Shown piece by piece: positions 17,441-27,484 of a DNA stretch of 61,003 nucleotides. Positions within the stretch are counted from its first letter, which is position 1. Each line of letters starts with the position of its first letter. The position numbers and the translations under genes are program-made. The stretch is taken from positions 1-61,003 of the forward strand of contig JACPBX010000031.1 in assembly GCA_016180085.1 (NCBI GenBank), read 5' to 3'. The notes under the pieces are model-generated. The model did not search any database, had not been told where the DNA came from, and worked only from the letters and a program-made list of their open reading frames with translations. Origin of the DNA: Candidatus Woesearchaeota archaeon (lineage in GTDB: Archaea > Nanobdellota > Nanobdellia > Woesearchaeales > UBA10216).

Positions 17441-20425
17441 TCAGCCCGTAAATGCAAAGCCAACCACCTTAACCGGGCTCGGCCACGAATCAGTCGGCGT
17501 ATCGGAAAACGTGCTGGTGCACTGCGCAACTTTGCACTTACCCTGCCACGTTGAAATACAGGTGCACTGCCCGTTAGCAATGCTCATCTTCCTGCTATCA
17601 GGCCCTCCATTCACAACCCAGTTGCCCGACGTGTCCTGAACGCCAACCCACACGCCAGCACCTGCATTGAAAAAGTCACCATTCTCATCCTCAATCTGCA
17701 CCCAATACTTGTAAGGCTTGCCCTTCGCCATGAAGCTGGAGCTTCGCTCACCATACTGATTCACAACATACAAGGCATTGGTATGCGATCTGGTATCCAC
17801 GCAGCTGTAGCCGTTCCCTGAAAGTGACGGGCCTTTAGGAACCCCTGTCCCAATGTTATTGTCATAGTCAATGCATTGGCCCCAACTTACTGCACCCTCA
17901 ACACCCTCGGTTGTGCAGCAGGACATGAAATGGTCACCAGCAGAAGATAAATCCCCCCCACCATCACAATAATACCCGACCTCTCCCTTATTCACAGTCC
18001 ACGAGCACTGCTTTGCAGAAGTGCAGTAAAAATCAACAGTTAAGCCATAAACGCTTTGGCCATGAGCATCAGAACCGCTGTAGCCGCACAAGTCAGGACA
18101 GTCAGAATCAGAAACACACTGCACACACTTACTCCCATCATACTTCAAGCCGTAGGGCCACGCACCAGTCTGGTAGCACTCAGCCTGGCAATTGGCTGTC
18201 TGGCCTTCAGTACATCTCAAGCTGTTGGGAATATCTGTATCGCAACCAGCAGGATTGCTGCTGCACGACTTTTGAACGCATGCCTTATTTGAGTCACAGT
18301 AATAGCCCGAAGCGCAGTCCGAGCTGGTTCTGCACTGCACGCAGTTTGGCGAAGGGAATGTTGGAACGCTCTCACAGTAAGGCTTGGGCGCAGAGCACGT
18401 CCTGATACTCTCCTGGGCATCGTTGCAGTCAGTTCCCCCGCAGCTGCTGTCGATAAGCCCATCCGCGTCATCGTCGCATCCTACGATTAGCTGGCAGCTG
18501 CTCCACTGGCAGCCGCTGCAAATCTTGTGGTAGCCTGTTGTGCAGCCAGTTGCCGTAGTTGAACTCCCCTCACACTTTTCCGGGGGGTCTTGGACAGTGC
18601 CATCACCGCAGGAACCGCAATTACTGGTGTCATACACGTATCCTGAGCAGCCTGAGTTGCACCTGTACTTGCCAGAAACAGACGGATAGCCTCCTGGGCA
18701 GCTTACGCTAACAGGACTGCAGGTAGACCCGGATGGATCGTTGCCGTTGCCGCCGCAGAAGGAGGTGCCCCAGTCGCAGGTCTCATCGCCCTCTGCGACC
18801 CCGTTGCCGCATGCCTGGCATGTACCGCCAACGCAATCACCGCTCACGCACTCTGAATTGGAATCACAGCCGTAGCCGTTGTCGCACATGCTGTTGCTCC
18901 CAGCGCAGTACTTGTCAGGATCAACAGTTCCATCACCGCACCACCCGGAATTTTTATGGCTAGAACAAGACTCCTGGCAACCGCCCAAAGAAGTGCAGGA
19001 CAGCCCGCTGCAACAGCCAGAACTGCATGAGCCTCCCTCTCCGGAACAGCATGCCTGGGTGTTGCACGACCTGCTTCCACCAACAGGCCCGCAAAGCTGG
19101 CTGCCGCCACAACTGGCAGCAGAACAAGTCTGCGTACCACCACCACACGAAACACTACAAGCACCCCAAACACCATTCACAGGAGAGCAGCATGAGCCGC
19201 CAGAACATGTCTGGCCAGACAAACAAAGGCCTGTGCAGGTGTTATCAGTAGTATAACCAGTGCTGCAATCAGAATAAGTGTTATAACTCTGACAGGGATT
19301 AACAACACTGCAGCTGGAACTGGCAGTGCAGGTCACACAACTCCCACCAGAGCACCGGCCAGACGAACACAAGCTAGTGCAGCTGTTATCAGTAGTATAA
19401 CCAGTACTGCAATCAGAATAAGTATTATACTTCTGGCAAGGATTCACACTACTGCAAAAACTACTTGGTGTGCAGGTCACACAACTCCCACCAGAACAAC
19501 TTCCAGACGAGCACAAGCTAGTGCAGGTGTTATCAGTAGTATAGCTACTGCTGCAATCAGAATACTGGTTATACCTCTGGCAAGCATTAAGAGTACTGCA
19601 CCAGCTAGTGGCTGAGCAGCACGGTTGGGTATTGCACGACGAAGTTCCGATAGGCCCACAAAGCTGACTGCCACCACAGCTGGCAGCAGAACAAGTCTGC
19701 GTACCACCACCACACGAAACACTACAAGCACTCATAACACCATTAACAGGAGAACAGCACGCTTGGGTATTGCACGACTGCGAAGAACTGCCGGAACAGC
19801 CAGAACCACCACATGAAGGAGAAGGATTATTACACGTCCTAGTCTGCGTACCACCACCACACGAAACACTACAAGCACTCCAGGCACTCCAACCACCATT
19901 AACAGGAGAACAGCACGCTTGGGTATTGCACGACTGCGAAGAACTGCCGGAACAGCCAGAACCACCGCATGAAGGAGACGGGTTCGTGCACGTCCTAGTC
20001 TGCGTACCACCACCACAGGAAGCACTGCAGGTGCTCCAGGCACTCCAACCGCCGTTAACAGGAGAACAGCACGCTTGGGTGTTGCACGACTGCGAAGAAC
20101 TGCCGGAACAGCCAGAACCACCGCATGAAGGAGACGGGTTCGTGCACGTCCTGGTCTGCGTACCACCACCACACGAAACACTGCAAGCACTCCAGGCACT
20201 CCAACCACCATTAACAGGAGAACAGCACCTGTCATCGTAAGTGCAGTCTCCACAGCCACTGCCGCAGCCACCGTAATCATAACAATCATTCCAGCAAACA
20301 GCTTTTGCCGGCTGTGTGTTAATGGTGAAAAGAAGAGCAGCCAGTGCAGCTAAAGCTACGAGGGTGATAAGAACTGGCAGAACAGGGAATGCTGCTGCAG
20401 GCTTCGCCGATTTTTTATCTTTCAT
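17441..20425 (-). CDS. Secreted Cys-rich protein with thrombospondin type-1 repeats (module gene B2)
   Basis: Signal peptide ending AKA; repeats [24 protein letters not shown]; CGNG...ETCD Cys modules. Confidence 0.88.
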   Translation of the reverse strand: MKDKKSAKPAAAFPVLPVLITLVALAALAALLFTINTQPAKAVCWNDCYDYGGCGSGCGDCTYDDRCCSPVNGGWSAWSACSVSCGGGTQTRTCTNPSPSCGGSGCSGSSSQSCNTQACCSPVNGGWSAWSTCSASCGGGTQTRTCTNPSPSCGGSGCSGSSSQSCNTQACCSPVNGGWSAWSACSVSCGGGTQTRTCNNPSPSCGGSGCSGSSSQSCNTQACCSPVNGVMSACSVSCGGGTQTCSAASCGGSQLCGPIGTSSCNTQPCCSATSWCSTLNACQRYNQYSDCSSSYTTDNTCTSLCSSGSCSGGSCVTCTPSSFCSSVNPCQKYNTYSDCSTGYTTDNSCTSLCSSGRCSGGSCVTCTASSSCSVVNPCQSYNTYSDCSTGYTTDNTCTGLCLSGQTCSGGSCCSPVNGVWGACSVSCGGGTQTCSAASCGGSQLCGPVGGSRSCNTQACCSGEGGSCSSGCCSGLSCTSLGGCQESCSSHKNSGWCGDGTVDPDKYCAGSNSMCDNGYGCDSNSECVSGDCVGGTCQACGNGVAEGDETCDWGTSFCGGNGNDPSGSTCSPVSVSCPGGYPSVSGKYRCNSGCSGYVYDTSNCGSCGDGTVQDPPEKCEGSSTTATGCTTGYHKICSGCQWSSCQLIVGCDDDADGLIDSSCGGTDCNDAQESIRTCSAPKPYCESVPTFPSPNCVQCRTSSDCASGYYCDSNKACVQKSCSSNPAGCDTDIPNSLRCTEGQTANCQAECYQTGAWPYGLKYDGSKCVQCVSDSDCPDLCGYSGSDAHGQSVYGLTVDFYCTSAKQCSWTVNKGEVGYYCDGGGDLSSAGDHFMSCCTTEGVEGAVSWGQCIDYDNNIGTGVPKGPSLSGNGYSCVDTRSHTNALYVVNQYGERSSSFMAKGKPYKYWVQIEDENGDFFNAGAGVWVGVQDTSGNWVVNGGPDSRKMSIANGQCTCISTWQGKCKVAQCTSTFSDTPTDSWPSPVKVVGFAFTG
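19193..19620 (-). repeat. Three tandem 144-bp Cys-rich coding repeats
   Basis: GTGCAG..GTTATCAGTAGTATA recurs at 19233, 19377 and 19521 (unit CQxYNxYSDCSxxYTTDNxCTxLC). Confidence 0.9.
19741..20229 (-). repeat. Three tandem 156-bp TSP1-coding repeats
   Basis: AGAACAGCAC recurs at 19751, 19907, 20063 and 20219; units are near-identical. Confidence 0.92.
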
Positions 20426-20441
20426 GGACTCGTCACTCTTG

Positions 20442-20912
20442 TTAGTCTGGCTTTATAAATACCCCGGAAACGTATTTTTCTCCTGATGGGGATGTCAGTA
20501 AAAACAGGTGTGTTACTGTAGCGCCAACACCAGGAGGCAGTGTGAGCACAACCCGTTTAACGCTTGCGTCACCGAATTTGCCAACTATGTAATCTGGCGG
20601 GGTTTGTTTTGATATTGGCAATTCTTTGCTTTTGCCCTCGCTTGTGAGTGTGATGCTTGTTTTGGAAATTTTGCTTATGGTGCCAGCGTAGATTACTACA
20701 ACGTTACCTGTGTCGTTGCTTACGTAACTGCTAACCGGCTGAAGCTCCCCAGAGAGTTGTTCAGCCTGGTTTTCGATGATCGCCTGTGCCTCTGGCTTTG
20801 CCGCAAACGGCAGCTTGTCAAACACAAGCAGCAGGATTATGCCAACTATAAGCACTGCTGCCGCTGCAAACGGCATGTAGCTTCCCCTTTTTCCTGAAGT
20901 TCCGGCAGGCAT
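20442..20912 (-). CDS. Membrane-anchored beta-rich protein (module gene A2)
   Basis: TM segment; clear paralog of 23723..24205 (shared [15 protein letters not shown], SGEKxVxGVFIxPD). Confidence 0.8.
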   Translation of the reverse strand: MPAGTSGKRGSYMPFAAAAVLIVGIILLLVFDKLPFAAKPEAQAIIENQAEQLSGELQPVSSYVSNDTGNVVVIYAGTISKISKTSITLTSEGKSKELPISKQTPPDYIVGKFGDASVKRVVLTLPPGVGATVTHLFLLTSPSGEKYVSGVFIKPD

Positions 20913-21027
20913 CTTGGCAGTTCGCTAAACCTTTTTTAATGCACATTTATATGCATAACTCGCAAAATTGGCAGCACTAAATAATTACACTTTTTCATAT
21001 TCAGATTCTTTATGGCAAACTTCATCT

Positions 21028-21621
21028 TCATCTTAGCGTGCTTTGGTTTATGAGCTCTGAAGTAGCAGCGTCCTTGACAACAACAGAGTTCTCTGCCGCG
21101 CTTACCGTAACAAGCCGCCTGCCCTGCTTTGTCATCAGGGTAAGCACAAACGCGTTCGTTTCTTTTTGCCGTTCCACTTTCTCAATGGTTCCGGGATATT
21201 TGCTGCCGACTAAAAGCGTGATTTCATCGCAGGCTTTCCTGTCACCGGCTTCAAATTCGCTGCAAAGTTCGTTTGGAGGCGGCTGTGAGGCAGACGGGGC
21301 TTGTTCTGGTTTCTCTGAAACCTGCAATTCTGAGCTGCGCTGCGAGGTAAATGAGTCTGTTAAGACCAGAAGGATGACAGCAACAAAGCCCACAACGACT
21401 ACTGGCAGAACCGAAGTCGGCCCTTTTGGCATGCCTCTTTGCATGCTGTTTTGCATGCCAAAGGCTCTCCTGCGCTGGTTTGAAAGGCTCAAAGGCTTCA
21501 TCTTGTCAACCTGGGCTACAGCTGAAGCAGGGTAACCTAGCTTAGCAAGGTATTTCTTAACCTCCTCTTTCGTGTGCCCTCTTTTTAGCTGCGCCTCAAT
21601 CCAAGGGGTGAGGTCAGGCAT
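21028..21621 (-). CDS. Membrane protein with a C-terminal two-Cys domain resembling gene C
   Basis: N-terminal WIEAQLKRGHTKEEVKKYLAKLGY helical domain, TM, then C...C...KYPGTI region. Confidence 0.7.
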   Translation of the reverse strand: MPDLTPWIEAQLKRGHTKEEVKKYLAKLGYPASAVAQVDKMKPLSLSNQRRRAFGMQNSMQRGMPKGPTSVLPVVVVGFVAVILLVLTDSFTSQRSSELQVSEKPEQAPSASQPPPNELCSEFEAGDRKACDEITLLVGSKYPGTIEKVERQKETNAFVLTLMTKQGRRLVTVSAAENSVVVKDAATSELINQSTLR

Positions 21622-21715
21622 TCCAATGCTAAATTGGCAGTGCTGTTTATAAAAATATTGATTTTTGGCACTGCCTAGCAGCGGCAGTGAGGCAGGTTGA
21701 CCTTACCAGTGAAAT

Positions 21716-21766
21716 TTACGTCTTTTCCCCACTCACAGCCAGTTTTTTGAGATTATCACACAACAT
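21716..21766 (-). pseudogene. Internally deleted remnant of gene C (16 codons)
   Basis: MLCDNLKKLAVSGEKT* joins the N-terminus (MLYDNLKKLAV) and C-terminus (EKT*) of 16956..17426; flanking DNA also matches. Confidence 0.85.
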
Positions 21767-21778
21767 TAGGAAAAACCT

Positions 21779-23710
21779 TCAGCCAGTCCATGCCCAGCCA
21801 ACCACCTTAACCGGGCTCGGCCACGAATCAGTCGGCGTATCGCTGAACGTGCTCTGGCACTGCGCAACTTTGCACTTGCCCTGCCACGTTGAAATACAGG
21901 TGCACTGCCCGTTAGCAATGCTCATCTTCCTGCTGTCTGGCGCGCTGGCGGGTGCGCCTTCGACGACCCAGTTGCCTGACGTGTCCTGAACGCCAACCCA
22001 CACGCCAGCACCTGCGTTGAAAAAGTCACCATTATCGTCCTTAATCTGCACCCAGTACTTGTAAGGCTTGCCCTTCGCCATGAAACTGGAACTCTGCTCG
22101 CCAAACTGGTTCACAACATACACGGCATTGGTATGCGACCAGCTGTCAATACAGCTATAACCGTTCCCTGAAATGCCTGGCCCAAGAGGATAACCGGTAG
22201 AAGGGTTGCTGTCGTAATCTATGCAGCTGCCCGAGACATAATGAGTTGCGGCGGTGTCACGGCCCAGAGTCGTGCAACATGACTGCGTGTAATCGCCAGT
22301 AGCTGGATTGTAGAACCAGTCACTATTACTGTCATCACAGTAAAACCCCGCTTCTCCCTTACTCACAGTCCACGAGCACTGCTTGGCAGCACTGCAGTAA
22401 AAGTCAGTGGTTAAGCCATAAACGCTTTGCCCATGAGCGTCACTGCCGCTGTAGCTGCAAGGGTCAGGGCAGTCAGAATCAGAAACGCACTGCACGCACT
22501 TGCCGCTGCCAGAATCATACTTCAAGCCGTAAGGCCAGGCGCCTGTCTGGTAGCACTCAGCCTGGCAATTGGCACTTTGGCCCTCAGTGCATTTGTTTGC
22601 GTTTGCCATGTCAGTATCACATCCAGTAGGGTTGCTGCTGCAAGTTTTCTGCACGCACGTATTGCTCGTTGTGCAGTAGTAGCCGGAATCGCAGTCAGCG
22701 TTTGTCACGCAGTCAATGCAGCTGCCCAACCACGAGCAGGTGTCAGGCAGGCAATACTTTTTGTAACCTGACTCGCACCCTGTCGCAGTGCTGGATGAGC
22801 CCTCACAGTCCTCAGGCGGGCTCTGGACTGTGGTGTCGCCGCAATAGCCGCAGCCGCTCGTGTCCTCATCATAGCCTGTGCAGCCTGAATTGCACCTATA
22901 CTTGCCAGTAACCGAAGGGTAGCTGTTTGGGCATGAAACAGTGCGAGTGCACGTCTGGCTGCTCCATGCCCCGCCGTTGCCGCCTGTGCCGCACACAACG
23001 CCGCTTCCTGAAGAGCCCCAATCACAGGTCTCAGTACCCTCCGCAACGCCATTGCCGCATGTCTGGCAGGACTGCGTGTTGCATGACTGTGAGGAATCTC
23101 CTGTGCATCCAGAACCGCCGCACGCCGGAGACGGATTGGTGCAGGTCCTGGTCTGGGTACCGCCGCCACACGAAACAGTACAAGCACTCCAAGCGCTCCA
23201 GCCGCCATTCACATTTTTTGACGAGTCTGTGGCGCAACCTGTTCCCGGGTCGCAGTACTCGCAGCTGCTGCACGATGAACCACCGCTGCAACTGCCATAA
23301 CTGCCCCAGGTGCAGTCTGCCTGGCAGCTTCTGGTCTTAGAGCCGCCACAGTTGGAACTGGTCCAGCAGGACGCTGAACTTGAGCCCGAGCAGCCCGTGT
23401 TGCATGACTGAGAAGAACTGCCAGAACAATCATCACCGCCGCACGCCGGAGACGGGTTCGTGCACGTCCTGGTCTGGGTTCCCCCGCAAGTACTGCTGCA
23501 AGCACTCCAACCTGACCAGCCGCCGTTAACTTTCACATCATCATATGTGCAGTCTCCGCAGCCAGAGCCGCAGCCGCCGTAATCCTCACAATCACCCCAG
23601 CAAACGGCCTTAGCCTCCCTAGCGTTGATGGCAAAAAAAAGCAGGACCATGGCCGCCAGTGCCGCGAGCGCAACCACCGTGTTTTTAATCCGAAGTGTCA
23701 TGAAGGTCAC
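21779..23710 (-). CDS. Secreted Cys-rich TSP1-repeat protein (module gene B1)
   Basis: Paralog of 17441..20425: same mature N-terminus ([23 protein letters not shown]) and near-identical C-terminal domain. Confidence 0.88.
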   Translation of the reverse strand: MTFMTLRIKNTVVALAALAAMVLLFFAINAREAKAVCWGDCEDYGGCGSGCGDCTYDDVKVNGGWSGWSACSSTCGGTQTRTCTNPSPACGGDDCSGSSSQSCNTGCSGSSSASCWTSSNCGGSKTRSCQADCTWGSYGSCSGGSSCSSCEYCDPGTGCATDSSKNVNGGWSAWSACTVSCGGGTQTRTCTNPSPACGGSGCTGDSSQSCNTQSCQTCGNGVAEGTETCDWGSSGSGVVCGTGGNGGAWSSQTCTRTVSCPNSYPSVTGKYRCNSGCTGYDEDTSGCGYCGDTTVQSPPEDCEGSSSTATGCESGYKKYCLPDTCSWLGSCIDCVTNADCDSGYYCTTSNTCVQKTCSSNPTGCDTDMANANKCTEGQSANCQAECYQTGAWPYGLKYDSGSGKCVQCVSDSDCPDPCSYSGSDAHGQSVYGLTTDFYCSAAKQCSWTVSKGEAGFYCDDSNSDWFYNPATGDYTQSCCTTLGRDTAATHYVSGSCIDYDSNPSTGYPLGPGISGNGYSCIDSWSHTNAVYVVNQFGEQSSSFMAKGKPYKYWVQIKDDNGDFFNAGAGVWVGVQDTSGNWVVEGAPASAPDSRKMSIANGQCTCISTWQGKCKVAQCQSTFSDTPTDSWPSPVKVVGWAWTG

Positions 23711-23722
23711 TCTGTATCTTCT

Positions 23723-24205
23723 TCAATCTGGATTTATGAATACGCCTGTGACTTGTTTTTCTCCTGACAGCGAGGCTACCCAAAAGAGGTGCGTTACATT
23801 TGACCCAACTTTCGGCAGTCCGGATAGCGTAATCCTGTCCCCGGACTCGCTGCCAAATTTGCCCACGATGTAGTCCGGCGGGCTTTCTGCCGGAATTGGA
23901 AATTCCTTGCTGCTGCCGGCTCTTTCCAGCGTAATGCTGCTTTCAGAAACCTTGCTGATGACGCCAGAGTATATTTCCACCCTTTGCCCGGTTGAGTCGC
24001 TTATGTAGCTGTTAAACGGCTGAAGTTCATCCTGAGGGCTTTTTGCCGCTGATTGCTGGTTCGCAGCCTCTTTCTCCCCAACAGGCAACCTGCCTGTCAT
24101 CAGCACCACTATTATGCCGATTATGAGCACTGCTGCGACCGCCAGTGGCTTGTAGTCCACTGCCTTTTTGCCTGAGATTTTTGCATGAATCCCTGAAATG
24201 TTCAC
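23723..24205 (-). CDS. Membrane-anchored beta-rich protein (module gene A1)
   Basis: Paralog of 20442..20912; directly upstream of B1. Confidence 0.8.
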   Translation of the reverse strand: MNISGIHAKISGKKAVDYKPLAVAAVLIIGIIVVLMTGRLPVGEKEAANQQSAAKSPQDELQPFNSYISDSTGQRVEIYSGVISKVSESSITLERAGSSKEFPIPAESPPDYIVGKFGSESGDRITLSGLPKVGSNVTHLFWVASLSGEKQVTGVFINPD

Positions 24206-24317
24206 CAGCCTCTTTTCAGCCTGTTAATTGGGCGCCGCATATATAAAAATATCGGTTTGTGTTATGCCATTTTGTAAGCGACAAAACTATTTAAACTTCA
24301 ATGCTGTTGCTTTTGCC

Positions 24318-24881
24318 ATGATTAAGAAAGAAGCCCGCATCCTGGGCATTGATGACAGCCCCTTTGACAAGTTCAAAGATGGGAAAGTTTTGATAATCGG
24401 GACTTTCTTTCGTGGAGGAAGCAGCCTGGACGGCGTTATGACAACCACAGCAGCGGTTGACGGCATTGATGCGACAGTAAAAATCACCAGGATGATAAAA
24501 AAGAGCAAATTCTACACCCAGTTGAGGGCAATAATGCTTAACGGCATAGCAGTTGGTGGCTTCAATGTCATAGATATCCGGCAGCTGCACCGGAAAACAA
24601 AAATCCCCGTCATCGTTGTCATGCGTGACTATCCCGAGATAGGCAAAATAAAAGCCACGCTTGCAGGACTCGGAATGAAAGGAAAAGTCGGGCTGATAGA
24701 AAAAGCCGGCAAAATCAGCAAAGTCGATAACGTCTATGTGCAAATAAGCGGCTGCAGCCTGGAAAAAGCTAAAGAGTTTCTGAGGATTTCCTGCACCAGA
24801 AGCCACATCCCGGAGCCCATAAGGGCAGCCCACCTGATAGCTGCAGGGATAAAGCTTGGGGAGAGCAAGGGAAAGGCGTAA
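24318..24881 (+). CDS. DUF99 family protein (endonuclease V-like fold)
   Basis: RILGIDDSPF, VDGIDAT, GGFNVID and PEPIRAAHLIA motifs. Confidence 0.9.
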   Translation: MIKKEARILGIDDSPFDKFKDGKVLIIGTFFRGGSSLDGVMTTTAAVDGIDATVKITRMIKKSKFYTQLRAIMLNGIAVGGFNVIDIRQLHRKTKIPVIVVMRDYPEIGKIKATLAGLGMKGKVGLIEKAGKISKVDNVYVQISGCSLEKAKEFLRISCTRSHIPEPIRAAHLIAAGIKLGESKGKA

Positions 24882-24939
24882 ACTTCACTGCAACGAAAAG
24901 CGTAACATTTATATAACAGATGTTACAATAAGATAACAC

Positions 24940-25488
24940 ATGTTACAAAAAAGTAGCATTGAGAGGGTTGCGGAAGTTTTCTTCATCAGTCCTATGACAA
25001 GCCATTACCTAAGGGAGATAAGCAAAAAAGCAGGCATAGCGCACACTTCTGTCAAAAGAGACTTGCTAAAACTGGTAAGGCTGGGGCTAATAGAAGAAAA
25101 AATTGAGCGAAGAGGAGGCAGAAGATTTCCTGTTTATGTTGCGAGGAGGGATGCAAAAGAATTTAGGCGTGGAAAGAGGGGAAAGATGGTTTATAACCTC
25201 TCTTCCGTGCTTGAATCAGGGCTTATAGAACATCTGGAAGAAAAGCTCACCCCAAAAACGATTGTCCTCTTCGGGAGCTATCGTAGGGGCGAAGATATCG
25301 AAGGTAGCGATATAGACTTTTTTGTCGAGTGCAAAGAAGAACCAGTGAATCTCACCAAGTTTGAAAACAAACTGGGAAGGAAGATAGAGTTGCATTTCAA
25401 TGAGGACTTCATCAATTACTCAAAAGAGCTAAAAAACAACATAATAAATGGTATTGTCTTGTCTGGCTTCCTGGAGGGATATAAGTGA
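24940..25488 (+). CDS. HTH + minimal nucleotidyltransferase (MNT) antitoxin
   Basis: YLREISKKAGIAHTSV HTH; LFGSYRRGEDIEGSDID motif. Confidence 0.88.
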   Translation: MLQKSSIERVAEVFFISPMTSHYLREISKKAGIAHTSVKRDLLKLVRLGLIEEKIERRGGRRFPVYVARRDAKEFRRGKRGKMVYNLSSVLESGLIEHLEEKLTPKTIVLFGSYRRGEDIEGSDIDFFVECKEEPVNLTKFENKLGRKIELHFNEDFINYSKELKNNIINGIVLSGFLEGYK

Positions 25489-25901
25489 TAGTTAAAGTTC
25501 AGCCGGATATGCAGAAATCACAAGCACTCCGAAAAATAGCAGAGGTGACTCTAGAAAGGATAAAAGATACAGACATCGACAAGTACCCCAGCAACATTCT
25601 CGTGGATTACTATGAAACCATCCATAAGTTGCTTGAAGCCATTACCTCAATAGAAGGCACCAAAATAAAAGGAGAAGGTGCTCACCAGGAACTCATTGAT
25701 TATGTTACAAAGAATTACAGCCTTGATGAGCAAACAAGGCAGCTATTGCAGCAGATGCGTGATTACAGGAACCGCATTTCCTATGAAGGGCTAATGATAA
25801 ACAAGAATTATATCCTGCTGAATGAGAAGAAGCTGAAAGAGATTATTGAGCTGCTGCTTGACAAGCTTTCAAAGCTTGGCGAAGGCAAGGGTAAGGCGTA
25901 A
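25485..25901 (+). CDS. HEPN-domain protein
   Basis: All-helical 138 aa with RNRISYEG motif; overlaps the MNT stop codon. Confidence 0.75.
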   Translation: MIVKVQPDMQKSQALRKIAEVTLERIKDTDIDKYPSNILVDYYETIHKLLEAITSIEGTKIKGEGAHQELIDYVTKNYSLDEQTRQLLQQMRDYRNRISYEGLMINKNYILLNEKKLKEIIELLLDKLSKLGEGKGKA

Positions 25902-26068
25902 AACAGTAGCAAAAGCAGCAGGAAATTGTTTTCGGCTTTGCCGTTTTTCTTCCAAAATTTTGGCTTTTTCCCGGCAAATTTGCGGCGGCTACCGGTAAAG
26001 TTACGAAAGTGCCGTAATTTCGACGACAAATCGGCAGAAAGGCATTTTAATTCTGAACATTACAAAGG

Positions 26069-27484
26069 ATGTTGGTGATGTCGATGAAGCGGTTAATGGT
26101 ATTGTTCGTTATGTTCATTGCAGTTGCGGCTGCACTCGCTGTTGTGCTCGGGGCAAACGCGGCAGTGGCCGCAGCTGCAAACGAACCAGGCAATGTAATA
26201 ATCTCGCAGGTCCTTTATGACCCTGTAGGTTCAGAGTCCGGTGGGGAGGCCGTTGAGCTTTACAACCCGGCAGCTTCTTCTGTGAACATAAGCAATTGGG
26301 TTCTGGCTACGGAAACCTCTCCAACGGATGCCATTATCCCAAATGGCGCAGCCATTTGCAGCGGCTGCTACTTTCTCGTTGCAGACTCAAACTGGTCAAA
26401 TGCAAGGGGCAATTCTTCATGGCCAAACGCTGACTTTGAGGAAGCCGTAACCTTGGCTAATAGTGACGCTGGCGTGGCCTTAAAGGACTCAAACGGCACA
26501 GCTGTGGATGCTGTTGGCTGGGGCAATCCTGCGAATATCGGTGCTGGTTTGTTTGAGGGCGTTCCCAGCAGCGGCAGCAGCAGCGGGAATGCGTTGGTGA
26601 GAAGAATTGTGAATGGCAGCTACCTTGACACAAATAACAATTCCAACGATTTCATTGAGGCAACGCCGAATTTCCATAACAGCAGTTCTTCAGTTTCTAA
26701 AACGGCAAGCACAAATGCAGAAATTCAGATTATGATAATTGTTTCAGGCTCAGGCCCGTCTATAAGCTCGCTGAACATTTTAACCGATGATGACAGCTTT
26801 CTGTCAGGAAGCCAGATAAGTCCCGTCCCGAATAAAAATAAAACAATAGCAGTTGAAGCTGTCGTTGCTGATGACAACGGGGCTTCAGACATCGCCTCAG
26901 TTATCCTGGCTTTTAATTCTGCCAATTTAACAGTTGCTATGGCAAAAAAGAGCGATATTAACGCAACAGCGGCAATTTATTCAGCCTCTTTTAACCTTTC
27001 AAGCCACTTCGCAGCAGGGAATTATACCATCACGGCAGCAGCGGCAGACAATTCAGGGTTTTCTGCAAATTCGTCAGCAAGCTTTGAATACCTCACAATG
27101 ACGGCAGTTGAGGTTGATGCGAGTTCGATAACGCTCTTTGCATCCCCGGGCTCAACATACGAAGTGGCTGGCGACGAATCAACTGCAACAGCAACCAACA
27201 TAACCGTATTCAACTCCGGAAATGTGCAGCTGGACTTTGACGTGTTGTCAACAAACTTCACCTCAGGCAGCAGCACCATAGAAGCGCCAAGGCTCCGGTA
27301 CACTTTCAACGGCAACTACGATAACAGCTCTTTTGCAGGAAACATGACAAATGCCAAAGCAAGGAAGGATGTAAACCTCAATCCCGGCTCGATGGCAGGG
27401 CTCAGCCTGAGGCTCAGCTTGCCTCTGGCAACTTCCCCGGGAAATTACTCCGGGAAAATATCGCTGGTCGCGGTGAATTCGTAA
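26069..27484 (+). CDS. Secreted lamin-tail-domain (LTD) protein with Ig-like domains
   Basis: Signal peptide; VIISQVLYDP...EAVELYNP...VNISNW...LKDSNGTAVDAVGWG. Confidence 0.82.
   Translation: MLVMSMKRLMVLFVMFIAVAAALAVVLGANAAVAAAANEPGNVIISQVLYDPVGSESGGEAVELYNPAASSVNISNWVLATETSPTDAIIPNGAAICSGCYFLVADSNWSNARGNSSWPNADFEEAVTLANSDAGVALKDSNGTAVDAVGWGNPANIGAGLFEGVPSSGSSSGNALVRRIVNGSYLDTNNNSNDFIEATPNFHNSSSSVSKTASTNAEIQIMIIVSGSGPSISSLNILTDDDSFLSGSQISPVPNKNKTIAVEAVVADDNGASDIASVILAFNSANLTVAMAKKSDINATAAIYSASFNLSSHFAAGNYTITAAAADNSGFSANSSASFEYLTMTAVEVDASSITLFASPGSTYEVAGDESTATATNITVFNSGNVQLDFDVLSTNFTSGSSTIEAPRLRYTFNGNYDNSSFAGNMTNAKARKDVNLNPGSMAGLSLRLSLPLATSPGNYSGKISLVAVNS

Larger units (their letters stand above)
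24851..25902 (+). mobile_element. Putative inserted MNT-HEPN cassette bounded by 32-bp imperfect direct repeats
   Basis: 24851-24882 vs 25871-25902 are 28/32 identical and both encode KLGExKGKA*. Confidence 0.7.

Noticed and set aside
19193-20229. CRISPR-like periodic repeats
   Set aside because: Units are contiguous in-frame coding repeats of 144 and 156 bp with no unique spacers, and there are no cas genes.
17441-22200. Diversity-generating retroelement TR/VR pair in the near-identical 3' ends of the TSP1 genes
   Set aside because: Mismatches are not confined to adenines, both copies are full genes, and no reverse transcriptase is in the window.
25903-26040. tRNA or known ncRNA in the palindrome-containing spacer after the MNT-HEPN cassette
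   Set aside because: Short stems exist (TTTGCCG/CGGCAAA, CCAAAATTTTGG) but there is no cloverleaf or family signature.
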